A stretch of DNA of 64,000 nucleotides from Octopus vulgaris (GCA_951406725.2 OX597839.1:40486001-40550000); one strand, 5' to 3'. Positions 27,252 to 42,004 are shown, numbered from the stretch's first letter. Notes: generated by a model from the letters alone, not told the origin. A program made the numbers and translations.

Positions 27252-27546
27252 GAATTTGTGTAAATAGAATAATATATCAGTTGAATAAATTGACGACATG
27301 GTCTTGTTATAACGTTTTTTATTAATGTATTTAAAAAATAAATTTTTACAATGTTGAAGTGTGTTAAATATTGAAAGAATATTTATAATGTTCAGAAAGT
27401 TCAATTAAACTTTATGAAATTTATAAACATTACTAAATATTTTTTTAATGTTTAACACACTTCAACATTGCAAAAAAAAAAAAGAAGTTAGAACCACACC
27501 ATGTTGAAACTTCTTTCAATTGACATAAATATAGAGTGATAGAGAC

Positions 27547-27642
<96 letters not shown>

Positions 27643-28595
27643 TCACACACACGTACTGGGAACTGAGCTGTTTCTTAATAAATCTTAGGTACGAGAGAAA
27701 ATGCTGTCGGGTAAATTCATAGGAATAACTGGACACAAATATACATCGTTGCTATTATGCAAAATTGTCGTAAGTCCGACAAATTGCTTTTTCTGAGAAC
27801 GACAATATAGTTTCACCATTCTATAGCAAAACCGTTCTACTACACTTTGACAATTTTTGATATCTTGGCATCTGAAGCAGCTGGAGATACGACAGTTTAA
27901 CCAAAAGAATCGGCCATTGCAAGCAAAAATAATATTTCAAAAACGCATTTGGCCAAAGCTGGACATACGACAGTGTAACATAATAATAGCAACGGACACT
28001 ACACACATACAAAAATACTCAGGATAAAAACAGATTTCAGAAACCGATGATAAAATGGCTTCGGTGAAATTGATAGTGTCAAATATGTCTCTTTAAAAAT
28101 ACTGTTAATATTCCTTCCCCACCAAAAAAAACAACATAATCTTTATAACGTTATTACTGATTTAAAATCTCTCAAAATAGCGCCGTTTCCGGAAACAAAC
28201 TAGCAGTAAATCATAGTGAAATAACTAAGGCCCATGCATATGTATATGTGCATATATATATATACAATATTTTCTAGTTCGGTAACTTATAAATAATCAC
28301 TTTTAAGTTTTGTAAATTCTACCAGACGGTAACTAATTTTATTACTAATTGGTCCTCGTCTAAGTTGCTTGGTAATGAATTCTGTGACCCGGTTGGTGTT
28401 TGTGTTGTTATTGTGGAGGCGGACTTGCTTTTTGTTTTGGCCATATGTGTGAGTGTCTGCTTCTGTAGGTGTACGTCAACGTCTGTGTATTAATTATTAA
28501 TCTTTCACTACGTTAATGTATCTTTAATTATCCCGGAGCCCCGTGTCCTTATATATACATATACATTACATTACATACATACGTACATTGCATAC

Positions 28596-28674
<79 letters not shown>

Positions 28675-29020
28675 TACACACGCACTAACACATACATATA
28701 TATATATATAAATATATATCTGTATCCGTGTATGTGTATATGTGTGAGTATCACTGCACGCGTGTGTATGGATGCATGTGTGTGTATGAGATGTATGTGA
28801 ATGAATGCGTGCGTGTGTATATGAGTGCGTATGTTCATATTAGTCTGTATGTGTCTGTCTTTCTCTGAATATCTATCTACGTATCTATCTATCTATTTAT
28901 TTGTCAACACACACATATGTACACACACACAAGCATACACATACACCCATATATATATATCCATCAACCTATATATCTGTCTGTCTGTCTGTCTAACTCT
29001 GTCCATGTTCATGTATGTAT

Positions 29021-29052
<32 letters not shown>

Positions 29053-32000
29053 GTGTCGTGTGGTGTGTGCTGTGTAGCGTCAGTTTATCTGCTTTATATA
29101 TATATATATATATTTTTTTTTTGCCCTTTCACACAGTGAATACTAAAAAGCCGTATTTTAGCAACTCTGCACTAATTTATCATTATTATTATGTGTAAAT
29201 GGTTTTGAACTAATAGCTTTCTAATAAATGGCGTACTACTCGTGCCTTTGTCCTAATGGCGTTTTGCTTCCTTCGTTCTGCTTCCATTTTTTTTTTCTTT
29301 TTCACTATCATTCCGACAACTTTGCACTAATTACATACTATTGATTTCTTTGGTCCATAGACAAGGCTAACATTTAGGAAGAGAGTAACGTAACCCTTAA
29401 CTCTTTAGTACTATGCATTTATTATGTCGACTTCTCCCTGAGAGTTACGGGGCGGAGAATTATATGTGAAGGGTGTCGTGGTAAATGGCAGAGATCAAAT
29501 CTATCAAAACTTTGAACATAGACACGTGATGATGATCTATCATGATATTTCCACCTCCGCCATACCTCTTCCCCACATGCATGCACTTATTATCCCCTAT
29601 TACAAAATGGTCACAGAATTTTAAATTAGAGGCATCTCATTTTTTTCATTCCGTTTTGTTTTTCATACTCTTTTTTAAAGAAAGGTTAGTGTTTAGGATC
29701 TTTTAGAGGACTTCCGTGTCTTAGCTTCAATGCTTCCAGCTGAAAAAATGGCACAGAAAGACCAGATAAGAGCTGCTAAAACAATCGACAAGTAAAGTCT
29801 GCCAATCATATAGGCTGCAGCAGGATTTGAACATGGTGCGCAAAGAATAGACGTAAATATTCTTTGTTTTTGAACTGTGAACATGTAAGAGGTTTGTTGC
29901 CTCGAATATGTTACCTAAAAAGAACAATGTTCTCGAGTAGACAGCATTCGACGTGCGTTGCTTGTTGCCCTCAATTATTATCAATTCGTTTCTCATTTCA
30001 TATCATTATGTCTTCGTCCAGCCCGTAGCTTCCTTTCTTTGTAAGGTCTTTATGCCCAATGTAATGAATAAAAGAATAGGCGTATATACCACTTAAGACT
30101 CCTAAAGATAGGTGGTGTGGTTAAACTGGCTGACGGAGGTAGTCTGCCACCCAAGTAGGTTGCCAAGTAATTTGAACACAAAACATCAAATTTTTAAACT
30201 TCTTTATCGGCACAAACTTATAGGCTCCCAAGCCACAGAACACATTTCAAACAACCAATGTAAAATAAAAATTCCTATGTAAAAATAAAAGTTGTAAACT
30301 TCATGACTCAAACTGTTATATTAGACATAGAAGTTTGTGTTGATATAGAAGTTTCAAAACCTGGTGCTTTTGTTATAATTTATTTATACGGATAGTTTGT
30401 CATAGAAAGTAATTTCCTTTCATGGTATCTTTGTTCATTTTATGAAAAGACTCAATCTTTGTGCATATAGTTTACAATATTTGTAGTCCACATTCTACAT
30501 GGGTGGTTTACTTCTTATATATGAGATGAAAGTGAGTGTGATTTGATTTGATATTTCAGTCATGTAATTGTTTGATCAGGAGGAAGAAGGCTACCAGTAA
30601 TAAAAGGGGGAGGACCCCAACTTGCTTCGCTAGGACTCAATTTCATCGAAATGTTGCTGGCAGAATGTATATATTCGAATAATATAGAGCGGTACTTTTT
30701 TCTTCCTCACCCCGTAAGGATAACAGGCAAAGTTTACACAAGCGTTGAACTAAAGTTGAACTCAAAAGGCATGCAGTCGTAGCAGATAGAACAAAGCATC
30801 TCAGCTGCCATTTTTGGTAAACGGAAACTCTGTGGAATCATGTTCCGCCCATTCCCCGTCATGGATGGGTATTTTTGTTGACCCCGCAAGAATAAAAAAT
30901 ATGTGACCTCAGTACTATTTTAACCCTAGTGCAGAGGGTTAGAACAAATAATATGAGAAGGCATTGTATCCAACGCTCTAGTGACTCTGTCAATTCGCAC
31001 CCTTCACTCTCTAGATTTAATGTTGTATCTCTTCAATTCCTAATTTATATAAATGCTGAGTAATTTATTGGGAAAAAATGATTGGTATTACATTACAGGT
31101 CTTCATAATCCGGTGTCAGGAGGAGATAATGTTATCTTAACAACGGTCACTCTTACGACTGGAAATCTTTGAACAAGGTTATCTCCCCTAAACGAACTGA
31201 GAATGGCCACGGAAATGTATTTGGAATTCGTAAGAAGATCACATGACCAGCATTTGCTGTTAATGAATCTGGGAGAAGCGTGACTTATTTTTTGATCAAT
31301 GATGGGAATATTCTGAACTGGAACCCTTCTGAGATTAGTTGGATCAGCAGACACAGATATTAATATTCACTGCAAAGCTACATAGAACACCAATGTTAAT
31401 CAATTATATCTTCACACCAAAGAAGAAGCCTGAAATTATGTACTTATGCAGACAGAGATATTAATACCCAATAAAAAAACTATGAAGAACCCTACTATTA
31501 ATTAAGCCTTCTTTATGAGAAAAGTGTAATAAACTTACTCTCACAGTCACACCCAGAGCAGTTTTATTGTTTAAAAGGTCTCGTTTTCCCCCATTTATTT
31601 TAATCGTTTTCAATATTTAGATTAACACAAGAAGATTTTCTAACGTGATGTTTTACTGTTTTTCGTAACTTTCTTCTTCTATAAATTTTGTTCGTGTTTG
31701 CAGAAATTTTAAGAAATTATACCTCTTATTACACACACGACGATGGAGTACGAAGGAGAAACAAACGAACAAATATATCTGACAACCCAACACTATATTA
31801 GCATAAACATACACACAGTAAGTATTTATAATCAACTGACGTCAGCACAGCTAATACTGCTCAAAATTGCACTGCTACCACACGTTGCTTTATACTATTA
31901 CCATAACTGTTATACAATTTCCTTTCTTGTCTCACTCTTTCCTACATTTTCTCTCTCTATTGACCGCTGTTTTTGGTAAACAGACAGCTTTATAATCCTT

Positions 32001-32830
32001 CTTTAAATCAACATATTTTACAATAAAATAACATATTACACAATAACACATTTCCCTTTACACTGTTCCCATACTTTACTCACCCTCTCTCTCTCTCCTT
32101 CTATCTATCTATTTATCTACCTATCTATCTCTTTCAATCATATATACCAATTATATAGATTTTTCAATCTATAAATATTTTAAATTTTCTTAAATCATTT
32201 TCATTTTTTTTCTTTTTCTTCTCCAATATCTGCTTCCTTTCTACACTTCATTCTCCATTGTATTTTTTTGTTTCTTCTCATATTTTCCTTTTGCCGATAT
32301 TATTTTTTATTTCCTTTTTCTATTTCTATTCTGCATACAACTGCTATTTAAATCCTTGTAACAATGTGTGTCTGTATTCTTTTTTTTTTCTTTACCAACG
32401 TTAACTCCATCGATTTCCAACAATGATTCAAATTGCACATTTACTTATAAATGTTTTCTCACTTTCTAATAGAATCTAAAATATATATCTTTTAGCTTTT
32501 ACTTGTTTCAGACATAGGAGTGCGGCAATGCTGGGGCACCGGCTTGAAAGATTTTTTTTTTACTCGAACGAATCGACCCTGGTACTTATATTTATTTCCC
32601 ACTCTGGTACTTAATCCATCGATTTCATTTGCCCAAACCGCTGAGATATAAAGGCACGAGCACACCAGAGTCAACCGTTAAGCAGTGGGGGGTAACAAGT
32701 ACAGATACAGGGAAACACACAAACACACACACACACGCACATACAGATACGCACACACACACACACACACACACATATATAACTGAATAAGTTACAGTCA
32801 ACAAGGATTAGAGAGGAACATTTATTTATA

Positions 32831-32933
32831 ATCACTACAATCGTTTCCACGCAGCATAGTTCAGGTTCGCAGGTATTTGGTTATGCAATCATTTCCTTGC
32901 ATTATGAGATCTTGTTGTGCTTCCTCAGGTGAT
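32831..32933 (-). ncRNA. Type I hammerhead ribozyme motif with canonical core and extended stem II
   Basis: Minus strand: ATCAC CTGAGGA [~75-nt stem II region with internal hairpin ATGCAA/TTGCAT] GAAAC-GATT-GTA^ GTGAT, followed by ATAAATAAA. Confidence 0.7.
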
Positions 32934-33077
32934 GTACAAACATTGTTTCTATGTTCTGTAAACTCAGATTCTCGGTTTCGAGCACTTCCTTTCTCTTATA
33001 CATGCTTGTTGTTCATACACCAGTCTTCGTCTTTTGTTTTTCTATAATTTTCAACTATATATGCATATGTATGTATG

Positions 33078-33180
<103 letters not shown>

Positions 33181-33213
33181 ATATCTATATATGTATATAT
33201 ATATGTGTGTGTG

Positions 33214-33390
33214 TGTACCATTGGCGATTTTCCTTCCTCTGTCTTCCCTTCTCTGGATATTTCCTTCTCCTATGTTTCCGACGAAGAGCTCCGCTCGAAA
33301 CGTTAAACCCTCCTTCTTCGCTTCTTTCCTGAGCGTCCAATAATACTATATTTGTTCCACGTCCTCGCGTTGTTGTGTTTTTTTGTGTTT

Positions 33391-33392
<2 letters not shown>
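33214..33392 (+). repeat. Repeat family E carrying a minimal hammerhead-like motif
   Basis: GTTT CCGACGA A GAGC-TCC-GCTC GAAACGTT AAAC at 33274-33308. Three copies of the family lie in the window. Confidence 0.7.
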
Positions 33393-33441
<49 letters not shown>

Positions 33442-34704
33442 GTATAATGTGTGTATGTACGACGGACTTCTACACAGTTTCATAAAACAATAAGAAGAAT
33501 TCTTTTAAACGTTGGCTCAATGCCGGAGTTTTGAACGGAGAGACTAAGTCGATTACGTTAACCCTAATACTCAGCTGGTACTTGTTTTTTTACCGGTCCT
33601 AAAATGTCAAGACACAATATTTTACCTCGGCAGGATTTGAAACCAGAACATGAAGAACCGGAATAAATAATGCAAAATATTCTTTACACTCTAACATAAT
33701 TCTCTTTGCAGTGCAACCATTTCACACTTTACAACATTTTCACACTTTACTAAATGTAAGGAAGGATTTATTGGTAAACAAGTAACTCTTTTATGATTAT
33801 CTAATTAAAAGGAGGAAAGAATTGGTGTGTTTGACAGACATGTTTCTTTGGCAGACATGTTTCTTACAAATAGTTAATCTAAATTTTCTTAATATTTTTT
33901 TGTGAAGTGCAAGAAGTACTTGAAGTAAACAAATTAGCATCAATTACACAAATCACGGTTGGAAAAAAGCGAAAAAAAATTTTGAGAAGATTATCATTGA
34001 GTTTATAGAAAAAGATTAACAGCTTTTTGTAAAAGAAAGGCTAATTAAGGAAAGAAAATTAATAAAACCGAGAAAGCAGACACAGCAGATGTGTACGCTT
34101 AAACAAATGAGGATCTAATGAAATTTATTATAACGTCGTAGCAGTTTTTGCCAGTATCACTAATCAGGGTGAGGTTTTGGAAATAAGAATAATATGTCAC
34201 AGTAGGAAGAGCTTCCTCGTTCAACGAGTCATCAAAGCAACGACAAACCGAAGAGTCATGTGCGTCTTTATTTTTCAGAATTTATGGCATGTCCATTTCC
34301 CCTCAAAACCTCAAACAGTAAATTTGGAAGAATATAAGCTGATGAATGGCAAGATGAGTTCTACACCAACAGGGATATAACGTTGGATACAGGTAAAAAA
34401 ATTTGCATTGTCATCAATATTGAAGATGAAATGCAGAAACTGGCACAGATGGTTCTCCACATACACCTCGCCATGAATAAAGGGATAGATAAAAGAATGG
34501 CAGACAGTGATGCAGGTAGCAAAATGGAAAAGGGTGGGCTTATTGTCTGTAGATAAGGTTATAGTCGTCAACATGCTTTTCTGGCTCAATATCCGTCAAC
34601 AGCACCATATTTGTCTAATCTTATTTCCTTAACCAAGAGAAGTAACTCGAAGCCGCCTCTTCGCAAAGCAAACTTCCTTACCAAATATTATTATTATCAT
34701 TATT

Positions 34705-35259
34705 AAGTAAGAGAGCAGTGCATGCCATCAAAGTGACACTTGGGTAAAATATACGAAGCCCTGTATACCCATCATGACTACCTGTCCGATAAGGGTACAC
34801 CAGGCACATGCATCACAACCATGTGTGCGCGACATGGTAATTTCATAAAAAGATAAACAGCGCATGACCTTGCATGTAGGGCCCAGTTAGAATTTAGTTC
34901 TGGTCAAATAACCCATCCCACTCAAAAGGTCCCTGAATAAGGGTTGTTTAAGGATGTTGAAAGAACCACCCATGTTGCCAAAGGTGAATTGTTAAAACCC
35001 CAAAGAATCCCTCTCAACACATGGCTATGATGCTCCCTCACTACTTCTGCTCGTGATCAGAGATGAACATATCGTCAGCCACTAAGGGACATGCTCAACT
35101 GGTTTAGGTCAAACAACTGACAAGAAAATATGTGGTATTGAGCAGAATATTCGCTGTAGCCCATCTTTTATACTAAGACAATACAATGTACATGATGACA
35201 CTTCCAATCAGTTAAGATCAGAAGCCACGAGAGTCACTGACTCGTACTGCATCAGGGCA

Positions 35260-35262
<3 letters not shown>
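34705..35262 (-). mobile_element. Family D element, second full copy in (TAA)n
   Basis: Collinear with 8210-8767 and with the same ends. Confidence 0.85.
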
Positions 35263-35291
<29 letters not shown>

Positions 35292-35326
35292 TATTATTAT
35301 TATCATCATCATCATCATCATCATCA

Positions 35327-35357
<31 letters not shown>

Positions 35358-35703
35358 CATCATCAATATTATTATTATTATTATTATTATTCTGTCGAGT
35401 TTGGCTTTGTCTTTCATCCTTTCGGGGTCGATAAAGCAAGTACCAGTTGAACTCTGGGTTCGATATAATCGACTTATTCCCCCCACCAGAATTACTGGCT
35501 TCGTGCCAAAATTTGAAACCATTATTACATCTGATGTCTGTACGCAATACCAACTGTTTCTTTCAGACATTATGCTTCCTACAAGTTTATTTTGTCTCGT
35601 TCTTTGTTCTATAACACGGTATTGTTTTTATTTGCTTTTGTTTTCATCGTTTTCCAGAAATTTTAATGACCTCCCAGCTATATTAAAACTATTTCATAAC
35701 AAT

Positions 35704-35723
35704 TATCATCGTCGTCGTCGTCG

Positions 35724-35769
<46 letters not shown>

Positions 35770-36046
35770 AATCTTCAGTTATCATCATCATCACCATCAT
35801 CTTCAATCATCATCATCATCATCATCACTACTATCACCATCGCCATCATCATCATCATCATCATCATCATAATCTTCAGTTCATCATCATCATCATCATC
35901 ATCTTCAATCATCATCATCATCATCATCACCACCTCCACTTCACCACCACCACCACAAACAACAACAACAACACCAATACCAACACAATCATCGTGCAAT
36001 ATCATCACCAACAGTATCTCTATCAACAACACCACCATTATCACCA

Positions 36047-36081
<35 letters not shown>

Positions 36082-36180
36082 CCACCACCACCACCACCAT
36101 CATCATCACCATTACCACTGCCACCATCATCACCGCCGCTACCACCACCACTACCGCCACAGCCACCACCATCCTTATCA
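35704..36180. repeat. (CAT)n/(CAC)n compound microsatellite
   Basis: Read directly from the sequence. Confidence 0.95.
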
Positions 36181-36650
36181 GTATCATGATTATTATTAAC
36201 GAATTTATCATTATTAAACATCATGAACGCTGATTTCAATAGTATTCTCCAATAGAGCGGTGGGTGTCTCTATGGCAATCTGGTTTCTTTGAACAAAAAG
36301 AAAAGCAAAAGACGAAAGCCATATCTATGAAAATCTCCATTATCGCGCGAACCATACTCTGGAATATACCAATACGAAGAGATAGGGGAGTGAAGGCTAA
36401 TCGGTCAAATATCGTTGCCTAGACCCACCGGGAAACATGTGCCCCCTAATCAACATATCACTCTGAGCAGTGAAAACTTATCTCTAAAAGAAAATGGAAA
36501 AAATCTCGATATACAAAGGTCCGGAGACAGAGATAACCTGAATGTGGAATCGCTAAAATTATAGATGCTTTTGGTATGGTCAGAAACATACTGGAAACTG
36601 TATAACCAAATCCCATGTGTTGAGAGGAATTCTTTCGGACTTGAATAATG

Positions 36651-36917
36651 CACCTCTGGAAACATCGGTGTTTCGTTCTATTCAGGGACCTTCTGAGCGG
36701 GATGAGCTTCTACACCACAGGAAGGTTCTAACGGGGCCCCGCCTGCAAGGTCATGCGCTGCTTAATTCGATGTAATATCACCATGTCACGCAGATATGGT
36801 TGTAATGCATGGGCCTGATGTACCCTTAATAGACGGGTAGTTATGATGGGTATACTGGGTTTCGTATACATTTGTGACCACAGTGTCACTTTGATGGCAT
36901 GTATTGCTCTCTCACTC
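36651..36917 (+). mobile_element. Family D element, diverged partial copy ending in TAATAATAA
   Basis: Reverse complement of the first part of 8210-8767 (…GTGTCACTTTGATGGCATGTATTGCTCTCTCACTC). Confidence 0.8.
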
Positions 36918-36945
36918 TATAATAATAAAGCTGATGATGGCGAAG

Positions 36946-36977
<32 letters not shown>

Positions 36978-37152
36978 GATAAAAATAATAACAACAGTAA
37001 AGATAATATTGAAAACAATATTGGATTTAAACCATCCTTTACTAAATTCTACGTTTTCTTTCATATGCTTACAATAATAAAGCCATCGCTGTTACTACAA
37101 TCTACTGATGCTAAAACAACAGCAACTACAACTACTGTTGCTGCTGCTGCTG

Positions 37153-37231
<79 letters not shown>

Positions 37232-37556
37232 CACTACTACTGTTTCTTTAGTTTGTTTTTTTCGTGGTTTTGTGTTGATTTAAGAAGATAAATTACTTTG
37301 GTCTTTAGTTATTATAACAAATCTATTTTACAAACAAACTAAAGGAAATGTTCGTGTGTTTTTTGAAAAGTTCATTGGCGTTCGTTCAGAATCGAAAATA
37401 TGCTTTAAAAAAATTTTTTACTTTTTTAAAAAACTGTTTATCAGATCTGATTGATTGCCACCAAATCACCACTTGCAAACAGGCTCACATAGACACACAT
37501 ATACATGTATACGGCACATCCATATATATATGTATGTATATATATATATATATATG

Positions 37557-37602
<46 letters not shown>

Positions 37603-37826
37603 CATATATATATATATATATATATATGCATATATATATGTATGTATGTATATATATATGCATATATCTATGTATGTATGTATATATATATATGTATATG
37701 TATATATATATATACACACGCACGGATAGACACACACACACACACATACATATATATATATTTATATATACATATATACATATGTGTGTGCATACATATA
37801 TATATGTATAGATACATAAATGTATA

Positions 37827-37908
<82 letters not shown>

Positions 37909-39359
37909 TAAACTTATATTCATATTTCTGATGGAGTCTTAGAGACGCACTCAAGTCATATAGCGTAAAATGGATATGTTTAATATGGGGGCAGAAATCC
38001 TTGTCTAGTTCTGAACAAAGCCGTTTTCATTGTAGAAGTAAGGAGATAAATACATTCCAGGCCTAAAAGTTACTCAATTTATCATCCTGACTCAGAAAGG
38101 ACGAAGGCAAAAATAATTTCGGTGAGATAAGAAGAATGCTTTTGTTAGGATATTTGGTTTCTCATAAATTCTGCTTTATATTGATGTAGCCATCTGTGTG
38201 TCGTACGTAATGTATATACACCGTTGACAGGCAGGTTACCGTAGTATTCGATCTGAAATAACATCTCTTTTGGATTTGCTGTGTTAAAAACACAATAAAT
38301 GTGAAGGAGACACCGAATATGGTCAAAGCGATAGCAAGATGTATTTCAGCCGTTTAGAGATTTGTCAATGATGCGTTCCCGAAACCAGTCACATGCTCGG
38401 ACTACAATTCCTCGCCTCTGATACAGGGAAATGTAAATAAAATATTCACTGATGTTGCGAATAGCTGCCCAGTTGAATAAAAAGCTGTTCTAAGTCGCTG
38501 AGACAGTGTGTTATTAAAATAGCCATCTACATACTTTAGCCATCAATGTGTGCATATATATATTTATTATTTATTGTACTATATTGATTTTAGAATAAGG
38601 TTTTTTTTATAGTATATGTTTTCTAGATGGTGTGAATAACATCTTTCGATATTGAATTGTTTAATAGAGGTTTTTCTTTAAATTATATACATATATTATA
38701 TATTGTGAAATTTGATTTAAAATAGTTAAATTGAATTTTTCCCTGTAAGTTGTAGAAATATATTCCCTACTAATATATATATACACACACACACTGTTGA
38801 TTGGCCAGTTAACGAAGTATTTGTCCTGAAATTACATCTCTTACGGACATGATGTGTCAAAAACGCAATAGATACCAAAGGAAGCCGAAATGCCGTTCCG
38901 ACAGCGGCCAGTGGGAGCATTTCGGCCTTTTTGTGTCTCTTCCGTGAATGTTTTATTGATTTCTCAGCATGTGACTGGCGCCTTTTAAAAGCATCCCCTC
39001 CTGACCCAGAAAAAAAGAGAGAGGAAGGGAGGGGGAAGATGGGTGGGCTGGTAGGTAGGGTCATCAGATAGTTTGTACGAAGGGAGGCCGGTTAGAATGG
39101 AAACTGTTTGGTAAGGTATTTTGGGGAGGTTTCTTTCATGGAATGTGCAAACTGTGTTGGATTTGCAGAAACTCACATCTGAATAACGGACAGCAACTTC
39201 AAGTGGGGACCTAGGCATGTATGACACAGGCATGCCAGCTCTGCTACAATCCAGACAGTCTGATGATGATAACGTTATGTGATGGTTGGTCTGTAGGTGA
39301 CCAGGTAGGTGATTAGGTAAATAGGTAGGTAGGTAGGTAGGTAGGTAGGTAGGTAGGTA

Positions 39360-39588
39360 GGCGGCGAGCTGGCAGAAACGTTAGCACGCCGGGCGAAATG
39401 CTTAGCGGTATTTCGTCTGCGTTACGTTGTGAGTTCAAATTCTGCCGAGGTCGACTTTGCCTTTCATCCTTTCGGGGTCGATAAATTAAGTACCAGTTAC
39501 GCACTGGGGTCGATGTAATCGACTTAATACCTATGTCTGTCCTTGTTTGTCCCCTCTGTCTTTAGCCCCTTGTGGGTAATAAAGAAAT
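39360..39588 (+). mobile_element. SINE family A monomer inserted in (TAGG)n
   Basis: Near-identical to 16865-17095; flanked on both sides by TAGG repeats. Confidence 0.92.
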
Positions 39589-40293
39589 AGGTAGGTAGGT
39601 AGGTTAGTATGTATATATGTGTGTAGATAGGTAGGGAGGTAGGTATGTAGGTAATGTTGGTAGATAAGTAGGTGTGGAGGAGAGTTGGCAGGCCACGTGG
39701 CGGTATCCACAGGCGGGTAGTTGTATGTACAATGCCATGTTACACCATTCATTGCAGTGGAGGGTTCTAATGAGAGTTCATGCGATGTGTGTGTGTTTTT
39801 TTTTTCTCTGCTGAAATAAAGAAGAAATTTTTGTAGCAATTTGGAAAATCTCATTTAATATAATTAATGTGTTTATTTAGTTTTTCTGTGTATTTGTGTG
39901 TGTGCCGGGGGGTGGGGTGTTTTGGAGTGTGTGTGTTTTTGTTTATATGTGTGTATGTATGTTTGAGTTTGTCTTGAAATGTCTTCGTCGATGTGTGTGT
40001 ATATGTGAGTATCTTGCGTTTGTATATGCATGCGTTTGTGTATGCTTCTGTGTGTTTGTGTATGTCTGTGTGTGAGGGTGTGTATGTATGTGTTTGTGTA
40101 TGTGTGTGTGTGTTGGTGTGCGTTTTGTATGTTTGTTTTTCCATTGCCACTTGCCAAGGGACAAAACAAAGAATAGCAAACACACCACCACCAGCATCAC
40201 CACCACCCACATTCCTCAACAATGATCTAGCCAGCCGAGAAAACAAACCAATTCCACTCCCCTCCTTCATACACTATCACCACCACCACCACC

Positions 40294-40325
<32 letters not shown>

Positions 40326-40461
40326 AACAACAGCAATATCAAAAAGAAAAACCACAGCCAGAAACTCATTCTCTAACATTTGTCTTCTTACAAACAAATA
40401 TATTAACACAATTTATATTATTTTTATGTTGATTCATTATTTATATATATACATTTCCAAT

Positions 40462-40511
<50 letters not shown>

Positions 40512-40528
40512 ACACACGCGCGCATGCG

Positions 40529-40750
40529 CAAGAGAAGGCGCTGAAAAGTTCTTGGCTTTAAGGATATCGCGAAAGGGCTGGCCGGGATCCCAGCCTTCCG
40601 AGTTCTTTTACGGGGCTTAGGAAAAACTGAAGGACCGCTGTAATAAGTGTGTAAGTCTGAGACAAGAAATATACTGAATAAAATCATAATTAACTGATCC
40701 TCCTGTATTCTCTTTTACTATAAGCCGGGAATGTTTCAGCTCACCCTCGT

Positions 40751-40752
<2 letters not shown>
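40529..40752 (+). mobile_element. Mariner-derived MITE with both TIRs
   Basis: GCTGAAAAGTTCTTGGCT … AGCCGGGAATGTTTCAGC imperfect TIRs. Internal remnant GLRKTEGPL / EKLKDRCNKCV resembles the mariner C-terminus. Homologous to 5489-5702. Confidence 0.75.
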
Positions 40753-40782
<30 letters not shown>

Positions 40783-41035
40783 CAAATTGAGATAGGGGTT
40801 GTAAATGCAACCCTCCATGGGATAACATATATCCAATATACTGCTAGTGAAGTACCCAACAAAGTTAATACATAAATGTTATCTGCTTTTTATATTTAAC
40901 CCTACAGTCTCTTATGTGATGGTTTAATAAAGTATTTGATTGAGTATTATCTGGTAATTGATATTTGATTTAGATGTATTTCTCCATTTTCTTATCTTGT
41001 ATATATATATATATATATGCACATTCACACACATT

Positions 41036-41146
<111 letters not shown>

Positions 41147-41199
41147 TTATATATATATATACATCCTATCTACTGGAGGTACAAGGCCACAAATTTGTT

Positions 41200-41566
41200 G
41201 GGCGAAATGCTTAGCGGCATTTCGTCTGCCGCAACGTTGAGTTCAAATTCCGCCGAAGTCGACCTTGCCTGTCATCCTTTTGGGATCGATAAATTAAGTA
41301 TCAGTTGCGTACTGGAGTCGATCTAATAAACTCCCCCCTACCACCACCACCACTTGTACTTATAGTAGAAAAGAATCTTTACCACACCTGGAAAAATGCA
41401 TACCGGTATTTCGCCCGTCGCTACGTTCTGAGTTCAAATTCCACCGAGGTTGACTTTGCCTTTCATCCATTCGGGGTCCATTAATTAAGTACTGGTTGAG
41501 TACTGGGGTCGAAATAATCGACTACCTCCTCCTCTATCTTTCAGACCTTGTGCTTATAAAAGAAAT
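41200..41566 (+). mobile_element. Two 5'-truncated, older SINE A copies
   Basis: Two B-box plus Meta-like cores. Confidence 0.8.
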
Positions 41567-41607
41567 ATTATTATTATTGTTGCTGTTGTTATTATTGTTG
41601 TTGTTGT

Positions 41608-41681
<74 letters not shown>

Positions 41682-41705
41682 TTACTATTACTATTATTAT
41701 TATTA

Positions 41706-41735
<30 letters not shown>

Positions 41736-41737
<2 letters not shown>

Positions 41738-41928
41738 TAGTAGTTTTATTTTTATAGCGTGCTTTCACTTCACTACCGAGCGCAGCTCTGTGTGCCTTGG
41801 GTATGTACAGTGATTTGTTGTGATACTCTGAGGTTATTGTATGGAAAGTGTTCTGAGTAGGATGTGTGCAGTGCCTAGTAGTGCAATTTTCTGTATGTTC
41901 GTGGTGTTTTTGTTATGTATTTGTCTGA
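41736..41928 (-). mobile_element. R4/Dong-type LINE 3' end (lineage 1)
   Basis: Minus strand NIQKIALLGTAHILLRTLSIQ*, then a 3' UTR running into (TAA)n. Confidence 0.8.
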
Positions 41929-41931
41929 ATA

Positions 41932-42004
<73 letters not shown>

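Noticed and set aside
34270-34560. Stop-free stretch after a TTTTCAG acceptor-like site
   Set aside because: No recognisable motif in any frame, so it cannot be distinguished from decayed repeat or chance.
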